This document shows positions 29,007 through 38,969 of a DNA stretch of 64,000 nt, piece after piece (the first letter of the stretch is position 1; the number at the start of each line of letters is the position of its first letter). This DNA comes from Promethearchaeia archaeon. GTDB lineage: Archaea > Asgardarchaeota > Lokiarchaeia > Sigyniarchaeales > SOKP01. The notes under the pieces are model-generated. The model was given only the letters and a program-made list of their open reading frames with translations, was not told the DNA's origin and did not search any database. Both the position numbers and the translations under genes were made by a program. The stretch is taken from positions 224,001-288,000 of the forward strand of contig JAHQWJ010000120.1 in NCBI GenBank assembly GCA_029856125.1. Direction: 5' to 3'.

Positions 29007-32000
29007 TTAAGCTTGGTATGCTTTTGCTGTGTCTCTTATGTAAACTCTAAAAACTTTTGTTTCTTTGTCGTAAAACACTGCGTCAATGTAGAGATCTTTG
29101 AAGTAAACGCTCCATATATGGTTTTGGTTTTTCGATTCAAAGTGTTCTCGATACAATGTTTTGTATCTTTCGTGTATCGATTGAAATAAATTCATTCGAG
29201 TAAACCCGCCTTGCTTTTTGAGAATAATTTCTTGTTGATTATCCCTTGGGAATGATGGTCGTAAGCGGATTTCTTCGTCTTCGATAATCATTTCGCTTGG
29301 ATTTACCAATTCGTTACGCCTTTTTTCTTGAGAATAATATGCAACCCGTAAGAGTCCGCCTTTAACGAGTTGAAATTCTATTTTATGTTGAATCTGAGCG
29401 ATTAATTCTAAAATGCGACGGTTAAATGTTTTATGGTTAAATGATTTTGTGAGACCGTCAATAACGGCCCCTCTCTGAACTGGTGGTAACTTTCTCACTT
29501 TTTCTGCGAATATTCTTCGCAGTTCCTCGTCAAAATATTCGTACAGAATGTAGCAAGGTATGAGTTGATGGTCGAAATATTTCATAAGCGTCTCGTGTCC
29601 TAAATAATTAAGTAGGTTATTCAGAAATGGCGAATTATCTCGAGTCATCATCTCTTTAAACTCTTCTAACGGTAATAACTTGTAAAAATTGTACATTAGA
29701 AGCGGAAAAACTGTCACTATAGACGGAAACTCGAATAACTCTTTTACCTGACGCTTCATCGTTGCTTTATATCTATCTCCCTCCAAGCTTAGCTGTTCAA
29801 GGAACCCAAAAAGTTCTTTAAGAACTGCTAAATGATTGTAACATGTTTCCCCTTCAAGTGTAATATCGTGACGGAGGTCGAATATTTCTTTTAAAAGCGA
29901 ACGATCCTCGTTTAGAAGTTGTTCTGAAAACTCATCTCTACTAACTAAGTTTAACTCTTCAAGTAGGGCATCAAAATCTGTTTTTAAATAATTCTTTTCT
30001 CGAGCGTCAACATGCGTAGTAAGTCTTTTTACTATTATAGGTTCGTATTTCTTTCCGAATTGATGCAAAAACCCGTTGCCAATTAAATACACGACAACAT
30101 TCTCGATGTCGTTGTCCATCCACACCTCTAATAGCGTTTTTTTCTGTTCCCTTGTTAAATACCTAAGGTATCTTTTTTTGAGCAAAAATTTAATCGTGCG
30201 CTCAGAGAACGTTTGAAACCTTTTCATAATCGCTAGTTGAAGTGATGCTATCGAATGGTCTATCGGCAACTCTTCTGCATGGGGATATAATCCATTACAA
30301 CTCTGCGTAAATAATTCTTTACCACTCGGTGTAAATTGCTCTTCAACGAAACGAGTGACGGAATTGATTATATCGCTCCTTTTGGATAAATTACTATCGC
30401 TTAACATTGCCGTCAAGTTAGGTAAAAATTCCGAATCTGTATCTTTACACAATTTTTCGTAATCTACACCCTCTAAAAATTGTGTGAAGCCGTATCGCAC
30501 GAGTAATATGAAAATGTTGAAGGTAGTGAAATCGAACATATCATATAAAATCTTGCTTATCTCTCGATTTAAAGCGAACTTCAATAATTCGTAAAATTCT
30601 TTGATTTCTAATTCAATTTCGCAGTTTAAGCCTGCAACGATATTCTCCCAGGAAAATTGGGGCAACTTAAAAAAATCGCGGATTAACGCTTTTGGATTGT
30701 TGTGCGCTTTCTCTTCTAAGTCTTTTAACGAATAAACTTCCACTTTAGGGAAACCGTTGGAAAAAACTTGGTAATCATATCTTTTAAGCACGCTTTTTAC
30801 TTCCAATCCGTTCTTGTCGATTTGTTCCGGTTTTTTTTTCATATAATCCCAAATATACGCGTGACCGTTGAGATCTACGACCATTAAAAGCTTATCGTTA
30901 TTAATAAATCCAATTTGGGAAATTTTAGCTAAGTGCGTAAACGGTCCAAAAACAACTCCTTTTGCAAAGTTCCAGATAAACGCTTCCTTCCCGCCACCGC
31001 TTGCAAAATACTCGCCCATTGGGGTAAAGGCAAATTGGCTAAAATTACCAGCCTTTACTCGTAATTTTCTTATCTCTTTTCCATCTTCTGCGTCCCAGAA
31101 GGTAATATTAGGCGGTCCACGCCACGAAGAACCTCCAACAAGTACTTTACCGTCGGGAGAGAATGCTAACGGTCGACCCTTTGAGTAGCTTTCGATGATA
31201 AGCGTTATTTCTCCGGTGCGATAATTCCATATTTTGACGGTTCTGTCGTACGAACTACTGGCTACGCGTACGTTATCGGGAGAGAACGCAATTCCGCTTA
31301 CGTAATCAGAATGGATTTTTACCGACGAGAGAACTTTTTTAGAAGGTAGCTCGATTACAACTATTACTCCCTTATCTTTTTCCTCTCTGGTGGAAGAAAA
31401 AGAATAAATTTTCCAAGGAGTTCCAGCCAGTAAATTTCCGGCTTCGTTAAAGCAATGAATGGAGAAATCTGAAATTTCGGTAACAAGCGTAAACGAAGTT
31501 AAATCCCATAGTTGATGTGAGGCTCTGTAGGAGCTAACAATTCCCGTAGTAAAGTAATCGCCTTTTGCAGAAGTGTAAAGACTACGCGACTCCGATTTTA
31601 CCAACCAGTGCTTAATTACATCGCCTGTGAGAACATCCCAATAAAAAATTTCGTCGTTTACGAGCGTTACCGCGAAATTACCTTTTACTTTGTTTGTAGA
31701 ACAACGCGTCTTTAACCCCCCTAGCGACCCGAGGTATTTTTTTCCTCGGTAATCCCACTCACTAATTTGAGTATTCATTCCACAAAAAAGGCGTTTCATA
31801 TCGGGTGTTAAGACGATATCGCGAATATAACCGCGATACTCTCCTGGTGCTGGACCAATCAACCTTTCTTCAAGCTCTAACGAATACGGATTTAAGATTG
31901 CCACGTTATACCCCTGAGCAATTGCTAACTTGCCGTTGCGAAGTACTTTCGTCCAAAATCTCCCGCCTATCTCCTTAGAAAACATAATCTTCCCGGTTCG

Positions 32001-34508
32001 AGAGTCAATTTTTTTGGTAATTCCTTGTTCTGAACGGGTTATAAAATACTTTTTATCAGGCGTCAATTTTAGATCTGTAAGATAGTCGGACTCTCTGTAT
32101 TCGTTTGGCTCATCTACTATTCCGGTGAAAACTTGGAGGACTTGTCCGGTGTTAATGTCAACAATCCCTATATCGTCAAATTCTAAGATTCCTGCGATTT
32201 TTTCGTCTGGCAATAAGCACAACGAGCCATAATGATCGAACCCAGTTTCAATACTTTTTACGAGTTTTCCGGTTTTTAATTCCCACACCTCAACCCAATC
32301 TGGGTATTCGGAATTACCTTCTGACAATTCAGTGATAAGCAATCCGTTGGAAGTGATAAGCGCTTGGAAGCAGTGTACGATACCATCATCTTTTTTAGGC
32401 GTTTGGAACTGGTGTAGCTGTTTTCCCGTAGCAAGATCCCAAATCCGTATCGTGCTGTCCCACGCACTACTTATGATTAAATTCTCGTAAAATGATATGC
32501 TGCTCACGGCTCCTGTGTGTCCTTTCATCGTTCTCACAAAACTATTCTCGTGGAGATCCCATAGTTTAATGTCGTTGCAACCACTTGCGAGATATCGCCC
32601 GTCGGGGCTCACCGCTAGCGATTGTACGGGACTAATGTGCCCAAAATCGAGAGACGGCCAGAACATTTTTATTAATCCTGTTTCTTCTGGGAGCAATTCT
32701 TCGGGAAGAGTAAAGTTAATTCGGTCTTTTTCTTGGCTTGTGAATTTTTTATATGTATACATGAGAACTTCGTCTTCTAATTGTGGAGACTTTAATGCCA
32801 TCGCTTTTATCTCCTTTCGAGCGCTCAAGTGCGTATCCTTACTGTGTGTATTCTCACTTTGTGTACTCTTACTTTTAGTATCCATTTTGAACAAGTCGTC
32901 TAGACTTCTCCCGCACGAAGAACAAGTAGAAGGTCGGTCAACGGTCTCTACCTTACAGAAGGGACAGGTGAAAGAGGCGCTCCAGTAAGTAGTTTTCAGC
33001 ACCTCTAATTCCCTTCTTACTCGGGCGATGGCGTTTGCAGTTCCGACCTCGGGCAATTCTTTCAGTTCTTTTAGTTCTTTTACTTTTTGCGATATATCAA
33101 GCGCAAGGCCGGCGCGCTCCATGTCCAGCAACATCGCGTAAGTGGGAGATTGGTTAGCCCAAGCCATTTCGTTTTCTGGATTTAATTGCACCGCATCTTT
33201 GAAGTACTCAATCCCTTTCTTAAAGTTCCACACCTCGCCTTCAATGTATGCTAACCCGAGTAAATTTAGCGCGTCTGAGGTTAAAAATGGATCGTTGCTT
33301 AACGATACTACTTTTTTCAAACACCGTCGTTGATGCATGTATTTACCATAATCTTTATACGCCATCGCAAGCGCAAACCACGATTCGGAGTCGTCGGGCA
33401 TAAGGAACAACACTTTTTTCAGTAGCGGGATAGCATAGAAGTATTTACCGATTCCACTACTAAAAAACGCAAAATCTCTCAAGAAAGGCAACTTTAAGTC
33501 GTTTTTTTCGTAATAATCAATAATGAGATTATCCCGTTTGACGAATTCTCGAGATATATGATACGCTTCTGCTAACCGTAGTTTCGCGATTGGTATTTTA
33601 GGATTAATTTCGAGAGCTTTTTCCAAATAAAGTATGGTTTTCTCAATATGATTTTGATTGAACATCGCTATCCCTAGCCCTACCCAATAAAACGCTTTCT
33701 GCGGAACGATTTCCGTCAGAATTTTCATGTATCGGAGTGCTTCTTGAGGTTTCCCCCGCTCGTTAAGGTCTCGCACACGCGCGATTAACAGTTCTTCGTT
33801 GTCAGGGAATTGTTCCATCGCCTTCTGGAAACATTCATCCGATTGTTCGTCGCCTTTAAAAGCGCGGAGCATTTTCGCTTTGGTTTTCCATTCGTTTACG
33901 GTCTTTGCTCTGAAATTCGCAATGTATTGTATAAAAGCTTCAAGTAATTGAGGTTGTGGGTTTGCCCCCGACGACTTTAGGTCTTGAATGTTAACAGTTT
34001 TAAAGCGATCAAAAAACTTTAACGATTCAAATTGCTCAGGAGTAAGGTAGAAAAGATACCCGCCAAGTAATAGACTCATCATTACGGGCAAGTATTCAGA
34101 ATCGAACCTGCGAGCGATTTCTTCCGAAAAAACATTTTTTGCGAGTGGATCGCCAGCGTCGCAAAGCTTACGAAGTAACGGAAAGGAGATGTTTGAATGG
34201 AGCAAACCGGTGTTGTAATCGTTTTCATACCAGACTTGGAGGTTAGAACAGTGCCCCCAGAACTCTACTTCCGGAGGAATAAGCGGAACCGTTTCCGGAA
34301 GTAACAGCGATTCGTATTCCATCGATTTGTCTAAGTTATCGGATATTTCATCGATCGAGAGTAGATTTTCTATTCTCGTCATTTTTTCGATTGGAACGTT
34401 TAAAAGTAAGTATTTACAGTTTATAAAACGCTCACCGTTTACGTATATCATGGTTTCGTTTCGTTCCAGCTTAAGGGTTAAGAAATCGTTTACTTTAAAG
34501 GTGTGCAC
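29007..34508 (-). CDS. Giant multidomain protein: N-terminal FWGHCSNLQVW domain, TPR array, zinc ribbon, WD40 propellers, helical C-terminus
   Basis: TPRs (YWVGLG...ALEINP; ALNLLG...AVQLNP), CPFC...CSSC, and WD40 repeats (GHTGAVSSI...DSTIRIWD; SSSYDRTVKIWN). Confidence 0.88.
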   Translation of the reverse strand: MHTFKVNDFLTLKLERNETMIYVNGERFINCKYLLLNVPIEKMTRIENLLSIDEISDNLDKSMEYESLLLPETVPLIPPEVEFWGHCSNLQVWYENDYNTGLLHSNISFPLLRKLCDAGDPLAKNVFSEEIARRFDSEYLPVMMSLLLGGYLFYLTPEQFESLKFFDRFKTVNIQDLKSSGANPQPQLLEAFIQYIANFRAKTVNEWKTKAKMLRAFKGDEQSDECFQKAMEQFPDNEELLIARVRDLNERGKPQEALRYMKILTEIVPQKAFYWVGLGIAMFNQNHIEKTILYLEKALEINPKIPIAKLRLAEAYHISREFVKRDNLIIDYYEKNDLKLPFLRDFAFFSSGIGKYFYAIPLLKKVLFLMPDDSESWFALAMAYKDYGKYMHQRRCLKKVVSLSNDPFLTSDALNLLGLAYIEGEVWNFKKGIEYFKDAVQLNPENEMAWANQSPTYAMLLDMERAGLALDISQKVKELKELKELPEVGTANAIARVRRELEVLKTTYWSASFTCPFCKVETVDRPSTCSSCGRSLDDLFKMDTKSKSTQSENTHSKDTHLSARKEIKAMALKSPQLEDEVLMYTYKKFTSQEKDRINFTLPEELLPEETGLIKMFWPSLDFGHISPVQSLAVSPDGRYLASGCNDIKLWDLHENSFVRTMKGHTGAVSSISFYENLIISSAWDSTIRIWDLATGKQLHQFQTPKKDDGIVHCFQALITSNGLLITELSEGNSEYPDWVEVWELKTGKLVKSIETGFDHYGSLCLLPDEKIAGILEFDDIGIVDINTGQVLQVFTGIVDEPNEYRESDYLTDLKLTPDKKYFITRSEQGITKKIDSRTGKIMFSKEIGGRFWTKVLRNGKLAIAQGYNVAILNPYSLELEERLIGPAPGEYRGYIRDIVLTPDMKRLFCGMNTQISEWDYRGKKYLGSLGGLKTRCSTNKVKGNFAVTLVNDEIFYWDVLTGDVIKHWLVKSESRSLYTSAKGDYFTTGIVSSYRASHQLWDLTSFTLVTEISDFSIHCFNEAGNLLAGTPWKIYSFSSTREEKDKGVIVVIELPSKKVLSSVKIHSDYVSGIAFSPDNVRVASSSYDRTVKIWNYRTGEITLIIESYSKGRPLAFSPDGKVLVGGSSWRGPPNITFWDAEDGKEIRKLRVKAGNFSQFAFTPMGEYFASGGGKEAFIWNFAKGVVFGPFTHLAKISQIGFINNDKLLMVVDLNGHAYIWDYMKKKPEQIDKNGLEVKSVLKRYDYQVFSNGFPKVEVYSLKDLEEKAHNNPKALIRDFFKLPQFSWENIVAGLNCEIELEIKEFYELLKFALNREISKILYDMFDFTTFNIFILLVRYGFTQFLEGVDYEKLCKDTDSEFLPNLTAMLSDSNLSKRSDIINSVTRFVEEQFTPSGKELFTQSCNGLYPHAEELPIDHSIASLQLAIMKRFQTFSERTIKFLLKKRYLRYLTREQKKTLLEVWMDNDIENVVVYLIGNGFLHQFGKKYEPIIVKRLTTHVDAREKNYLKTDFDALLEELNLVSRDEFSEQLLNEDRSLLKEIFDLRHDITLEGETCYNHLAVLKELFGFLEQLSLEGDRYKATMKRQVKELFEFPSIVTVFPLLMYNFYKLLPLEEFKEMMTRDNSPFLNNLLNYLGHETLMKYFDHQLIPCYILYEYFDEELRRIFAEKVRKLPPVQRGAVIDGLTKSFNHKTFNRRILELIAQIQHKIEFQLVKGGLLRVAYYSQEKRRNELVNPSEMIIEDEEIRLRPSFPRDNQQEIILKKQGGFTRMNLFQSIHERYKTLYREHFESKNQNHIWSVYFKDLYIDAVFYDKETKVFRVYIRDTAKAYQA

Positions 34509-34656
34509 ACTGTTTACCTGTTTTTATTGTAATTGTTTGCGTACTTTATTTTTGTCTACTATGTATTATTTGAATTACTTTATAAAAATATGCTACTTCA
34601 CAATTTTCTAATTTGTAACTGAGCTTTCAAGGAGGAATAACAAAATTTGTAATTTT

Positions 34657-34902
34657 TTAAGCATTAAAGTTCAAATAAACGATTTTTACTATTAGCACAA
34701 AATCTATTCTGATTTGCTTTTCACAAAGAATCTTTGTCTTATGACAAAGTTTGCAGAAGGGATGGTAAATAGGCTGTATATCTCGTTCATTGCAAGCCAA
34801 GCAAATACTGGTTTCCCTATAACGCTTAATATCAATAAATACCTAATAAGAATATTTTTCAGGATCTAGTTGTTCAATATCGATGGATTCAAAATCAACC
34901 AT
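34657..34902 (-). pseudogene. Small CxxC-CxxC zinc-finger ORF interrupted by an in-frame TAG
   Basis: MVDFESIDIEQLDPEKYSY*(TAG 34843-45)VFIDIKRYRETSICLACNERDIQPIYHPFCKLCHKTK...NA*; AGGATGA upstream of the ATG. Confidence 0.5.
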
Positions 34903-34970
34903 TTTAAAATCATCCTATTTAGTCAACATAACTAAAAATATTAGTAGATTCAATAAATAAAAATAAGATC

Positions 34971-35603
34971 TTATTTAGGTTTATAATTGAGGGTAATTTC
35001 TGTTAAAAATGACAGGACTTCTCGGTTAACATCTTTTTTCGAAGAATTTTCTTTTTTAAAAGCCTTGTATTCTTCCCTCGTAACTTTTTTTCTTGACATT
35101 TTTTTCTTCATTATACTATCGTTAGCCATTAATTCAATCTTTTGATTTCTTAAGTAAAAGAAGTATTCTTCAGCGACTATCCTGATTCTCCTTAAACTTT
35201 TTTCGTAGCCCTCTAATTGACTTTTATAATAATTGAAAGTAATCAAACGAGTATTGATGTCTATTTCCTTTCTTTTGAATGACTTATTCAATTCAGATAT
35301 GTAATTTTTTATATTTTGGATTTGAGAATTGATTTCAAAGAAATTGTATGGCTCCCTGATTTGGGGATTGACTTTTTTAAGTTTCAGTTTTACTTCATTA
35401 GACATAAATTTTAACGCTTTAAACTGCGTGGAAGCTTCCTCTTCAGTGCTTCGCTTAACCCTTTTTTTCAGTTCCTTTAACTTTATCTTAATCTCATTTT
35501 GCTGCTTTTTTAGTTTGTATAACTCGAACAATAAATCGAGCTGGTTAAAATACTCTTCATCTGACAATATTTCTGTGCTTGGAAAGGTTTTATTCTCAAT
35601 CAT
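34971..35603 (-). CDS. Basic coiled-coil hypothetical protein
   Basis: K/E-rich heptad helices; AGGTGA RBS; follows the alpha-barrel gene on the same strand. Confidence 0.72.
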   Translation of the reverse strand: MIENKTFPSTEILSDEEYFNQLDLLFELYKLKKQQNEIKIKLKELKKRVKRSTEEEASTQFKALKFMSNEVKLKLKKVNPQIREPYNFFEINSQIQNIKNYISELNKSFKRKEIDINTRLITFNYYKSQLEGYEKSLRRIRIVAEEYFFYLRNQKIELMANDSIMKKKMSRKKVTREEYKAFKKENSSKKDVNREVLSFLTEITLNYKPK

Positions 35604-35681
35604 AAAATCACCTACTTTTTTTCTTAATAAATTTGATGTAATTTCAGCTTATTTAAATAAAAAAAATAAAAATTTTGATGT

Positions 35682-38600
35682 TTAATCCTCCTCACTACTA
35701 AAAATATCGTTAAAAGGATTACCTTTGCCTTTATTTCCAGTATTTTTGATCTCTAATTCCACTTTCATTGGTGAATGTTTTCTTTTCCGCCTGAAAATGG
35801 CACTAATAATCCTAAAAACAATATATCCTAATACACCATAAAACACAAATGGAATTAAAAGACTTATTATGAACACAAGAATTGTGTTTGGAGTTGGAGG
35901 ATTATCGGGATCAGGTGTCGGCTCAGGGTCAGGTATGGGTTCTTCTGAAGAACTAATCGTGTGTTGGTAGAGCGATATTCCATTGGGGTGGTATTCATCG
36001 ATAAGAACAATATCAAAGTAATATTTAAAATCCTTATCAGGTTCGAAATATAACGTAAAACGAGAATGGTCAAAATTATCGACTCTATCAAACAGTTGAG
36101 AATCAAAATATATATCGTTTTTGTAAATTTTTGTTTGAACTCTAGAGTTTTCAGCTGGATTGAGCCCCGACGCAAATTCGTACGAGACATTAAATTCAAA
36201 GTTTACAGAATTGTTGTTAGTTGTAACTTTCAGACCGTTACTATGAAAATTGTAAGATGTCAGAAAACTTATAGAACACTGTCCTATTTCCTTTATGTAA
36301 TCGTAAACACGAATAATTCCTTCGACTTTAGGGTAATTTAATGCCCTTTCTGGAACAAGAAAATTCACATAATAGTTAGACTCTGTCTGTTTTTCAAGGT
36401 TTAAAACGCCTAGTTGAGGACTTTCAAAAAAAATTGATACTTGGTTTCCAAAATCCGTTAAAATTATGTTCCTAAAGGAAGCTGTAATGCTATTTACTTG
36501 CCCTAATAAAATTTCTTGATTATACTCACAATTAACTTGTAGATCGTCATTAAGAGCCATATCAACCACTCGGAAGAAATTTGCCTGCTCGATTCGGGAA
36601 GTATTAGGATCGGAATAATATTCGTTGAACTCACTGGAGTATAGATCCTGAACAAGAGCGTTTGTATAAGAATAATTAAACACGATTTGGAGATCTAGGA
36701 TTTCTGATAGCTTATAATGATAATAGAGAATTTTTAAGCTTGATGTATCAATGTTTTGGTAAATAAAATTCCTTATTTTTTGACTGTTTAAATCGAATAA
36801 TCCAAGTTCTTTTAGTAAATACGCCATATAGTAGGTATTTTCTGTCAATGACTCAATATCAGAACAATACTGAGGGTTAAAATGGATAACTGTGTCGGAT
36901 TCGTATACATTACTTTTAACATACTGATAGAGAGCTGTTTTGTTAAATGAAAGTGATTCTATATCTCCTAAATCTAGGTGATCAGCAAGGAGATTTAGTA
37001 ATTTAATCGCGTAAAAACTGTTTTCAAAAGTGATATATCCTGTTTGGTATTGTTGAGGTATTGAAGTAGGAAAAGGAAGGAATGCTCCGTGAAATTCGTT
37101 CCCAATTGATTGAAATTGAGAATTTAATACGGCGTTAAGCTCTTCACGTAAATCGTATAGGACCCCAAGGTCGTTTAATTTAAAAATTCTTTTTAGGCTA
37201 TTTAGTGTCATATAGGTGGTTTTGTGACTTCTTAAGAAATTTAGGTTATTTGTTTCGTTCAAATTGCCATATTTATAGTATTCTATAGGGTAGGATCTGA
37301 ATCCAATAATATTTTGATCCATACCAGTACTCGCATATATTAGAATGTGTCCTCTTAAAGGATTGAATATACAAGCTTGTTTTATAAGTTCGTACAACCC
37401 TGATATATCTAATTCGCCAATTCTTCCTTTTTGATAAAATGAATTCACTACAGAGTTAATTGTTTCCATAGACATATAATCGGCAGAAAGGAGCGAATAA
37501 CCTCGTTCTTGTTTGTAAAAAGATAGTGAATTCGCTATTTCTTCCTTTTCTTGTTCGGTTAACTGTGAAATTTCACCAATTTCTTTTAAACTTCGGACTA
37601 TTTGGAAGGTGTCAATTAATTCATGATATTTGTACACCGTGGAACGATCCCAATTACCCAAAGTGTTTCTGTTGTTCATTACGAATTGAAGGGTTTCAGA
37701 TCGACTAAAATTGGAAAACCCTGTAATATCTGACATTTCAAGCCCTATAGGTGTCGCAACTATATCTAAAGCGTTGGAGATATCGTTCACTTGAAACTTA
37801 AACTCCTGTTCGTCGTAGATCACATTGAGAAATGTGTGAAATTCGTGTGTTCTCACAGTATCAACTAAATTTAGCATCTGTAAACTCTTTACAGCGTAAT
37901 AGGAGGATATAAGATTCGGTTCGAATAATGGTGAGCCAAGAGTATCTAAGGTGAGATCGTTATCGTTAAGAAAGCTCCCAAAAAACCAATCGTATCCGTT
38001 GATAGTTTGCAATGAATTAATAAATGGCACTAATCTGTTTAGATAAAAACCATAACCCGCCCAGTCATCGATAAAGAGATTTAAAGTACTCAATGCAAAA
38101 TAAGTGTTATCCAATGTAGCAACCTTAAATTCACTCACTAATCCGTCATCATAAGGTTGTCCTATAAAACCATTCTCTTCTCCTTCAGGATTAAAACAAT
38201 TCCAGATAAAATTAATATTTTCTTGTGGATCTACTAAATCCAATCTATTTAAAATATCTAAAGATAAGACCGCATAACAATGGATTTCGAGCATTGAGCT
38301 TAAAGGATAATACATCTGAGGGAAGTTCATGTTTAGATACCGATGCGTATTCTTGTCTATAAATATGTGTAAATCCTCAGAATAGTGATCCAAGATGTAA
38401 TCTATTATTTTGGTCTGATTTATATTACCTAACTTTCCGAGTGCTTCAAGAATATAAAGCCCATAGTATGTTGCCTGTAAAGAAGGCTCATAAATCTGTG
38501 GAAAATATCCGAGATTGTCGTAATCGTTGATTTTTCTTCCGAAAATTGCTTCAATGTCATCTCCATTGTCATTAGACGAGGTATTTGGGATTATTTTTCT

Positions 38601-38795
38601 TATATCATCAGCATTTACCTCAATATATCCTCGCTCGATAGTATCAAACTTATTCTCAATCAATGAAAAGTGGGGTATCGAAAAGGTACCAATGAAAAAA
38701 ACTACTATAATAATTGTTTTTACTATTTTTTGTGTAATTTTTAAATCGCTTCCTATGGGTGTAATTATTAATTTAGAAATACAATTCACCCTCAT
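35682..38795 (-). CDS. Membrane-anchored extracellular protein with prenyltransferase/squalene-cyclase-like alpha/alpha-barrel repeats
   Basis: N-terminal hydrophobic segment; repeats ATYYGLYILEALG, NTYFALSTLNL, SSYYAVKSLQML, NSFYAIKLL, NTYYMAYLLKELG; PDPEPTPDPDNPPTP linker; TM; basic tail RRKRKH. Confidence 0.78.
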   Translation of the reverse strand: MRVNCISKLIITPIGSDLKITQKIVKTIIIVVFFIGTFSIPHFSLIENKFDTIERGYIEVNADDIRKIIPNTSSNDNGDDIEAIFGRKINDYDNLGYFPQIYEPSLQATYYGLYILEALGKLGNINQTKIIDYILDHYSEDLHIFIDKNTHRYLNMNFPQMYYPLSSMLEIHCYAVLSLDILNRLDLVDPQENINFIWNCFNPEGEENGFIGQPYDDGLVSEFKVATLDNTYFALSTLNLFIDDWAGYGFYLNRLVPFINSLQTINGYDWFFGSFLNDNDLTLDTLGSPLFEPNLISSYYAVKSLQMLNLVDTVRTHEFHTFLNVIYDEQEFKFQVNDISNALDIVATPIGLEMSDITGFSNFSRSETLQFVMNNRNTLGNWDRSTVYKYHELIDTFQIVRSLKEIGEISQLTEQEKEEIANSLSFYKQERGYSLLSADYMSMETINSVVNSFYQKGRIGELDISGLYELIKQACIFNPLRGHILIYASTGMDQNIIGFRSYPIEYYKYGNLNETNNLNFLRSHKTTYMTLNSLKRIFKLNDLGVLYDLREELNAVLNSQFQSIGNEFHGAFLPFPTSIPQQYQTGYITFENSFYAIKLLNLLADHLDLGDIESLSFNKTALYQYVKSNVYESDTVIHFNPQYCSDIESLTENTYYMAYLLKELGLFDLNSQKIRNFIYQNIDTSSLKILYYHYKLSEILDLQIVFNYSYTNALVQDLYSSEFNEYYSDPNTSRIEQANFFRVVDMALNDDLQVNCEYNQEILLGQVNSITASFRNIILTDFGNQVSIFFESPQLGVLNLEKQTESNYYVNFLVPERALNYPKVEGIIRVYDYIKEIGQCSISFLTSYNFHSNGLKVTTNNNSVNFEFNVSYEFASGLNPAENSRVQTKIYKNDIYFDSQLFDRVDNFDHSRFTLYFEPDKDFKYYFDIVLIDEYHPNGISLYQHTISSSEEPIPDPEPTPDPDNPPTPNTILVFIISLLIPFVFYGVLGYIVFRIISAIFRRKRKHSPMKVELEIKNTGNKGKGNPFNDIFSSEED

Positions 38796-38969
38796 ATTTA
38801 AACAAAAAATGTGGATTATTAAAAAATTCCCGAAGTAAACTACCCAAAATCTGTTTTTGCTTCTCTATCTCATTTTTTCCTTTATAAAGAATAATTAATT
38901 AATCCCCAGTAAATCTTGATTTAACACTAAAGTCCGAGATATTATAAGTTTATTTAAAGTGATAAAAGA

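Noticed and set aside
26834-34508. Diversity-generating retroelement or recent DNA duplication behind the WD40 pair
   Set aside because: No reverse transcriptase; similarity is visible only at protein level, with no near-identical nucleotide repeat noticed.
34971-35603. CdvA-like call for the coiled-coil protein
   Set aside because: No PRC-barrel region recognised and not linked to the ESCRT locus; generic coiled-coil only.
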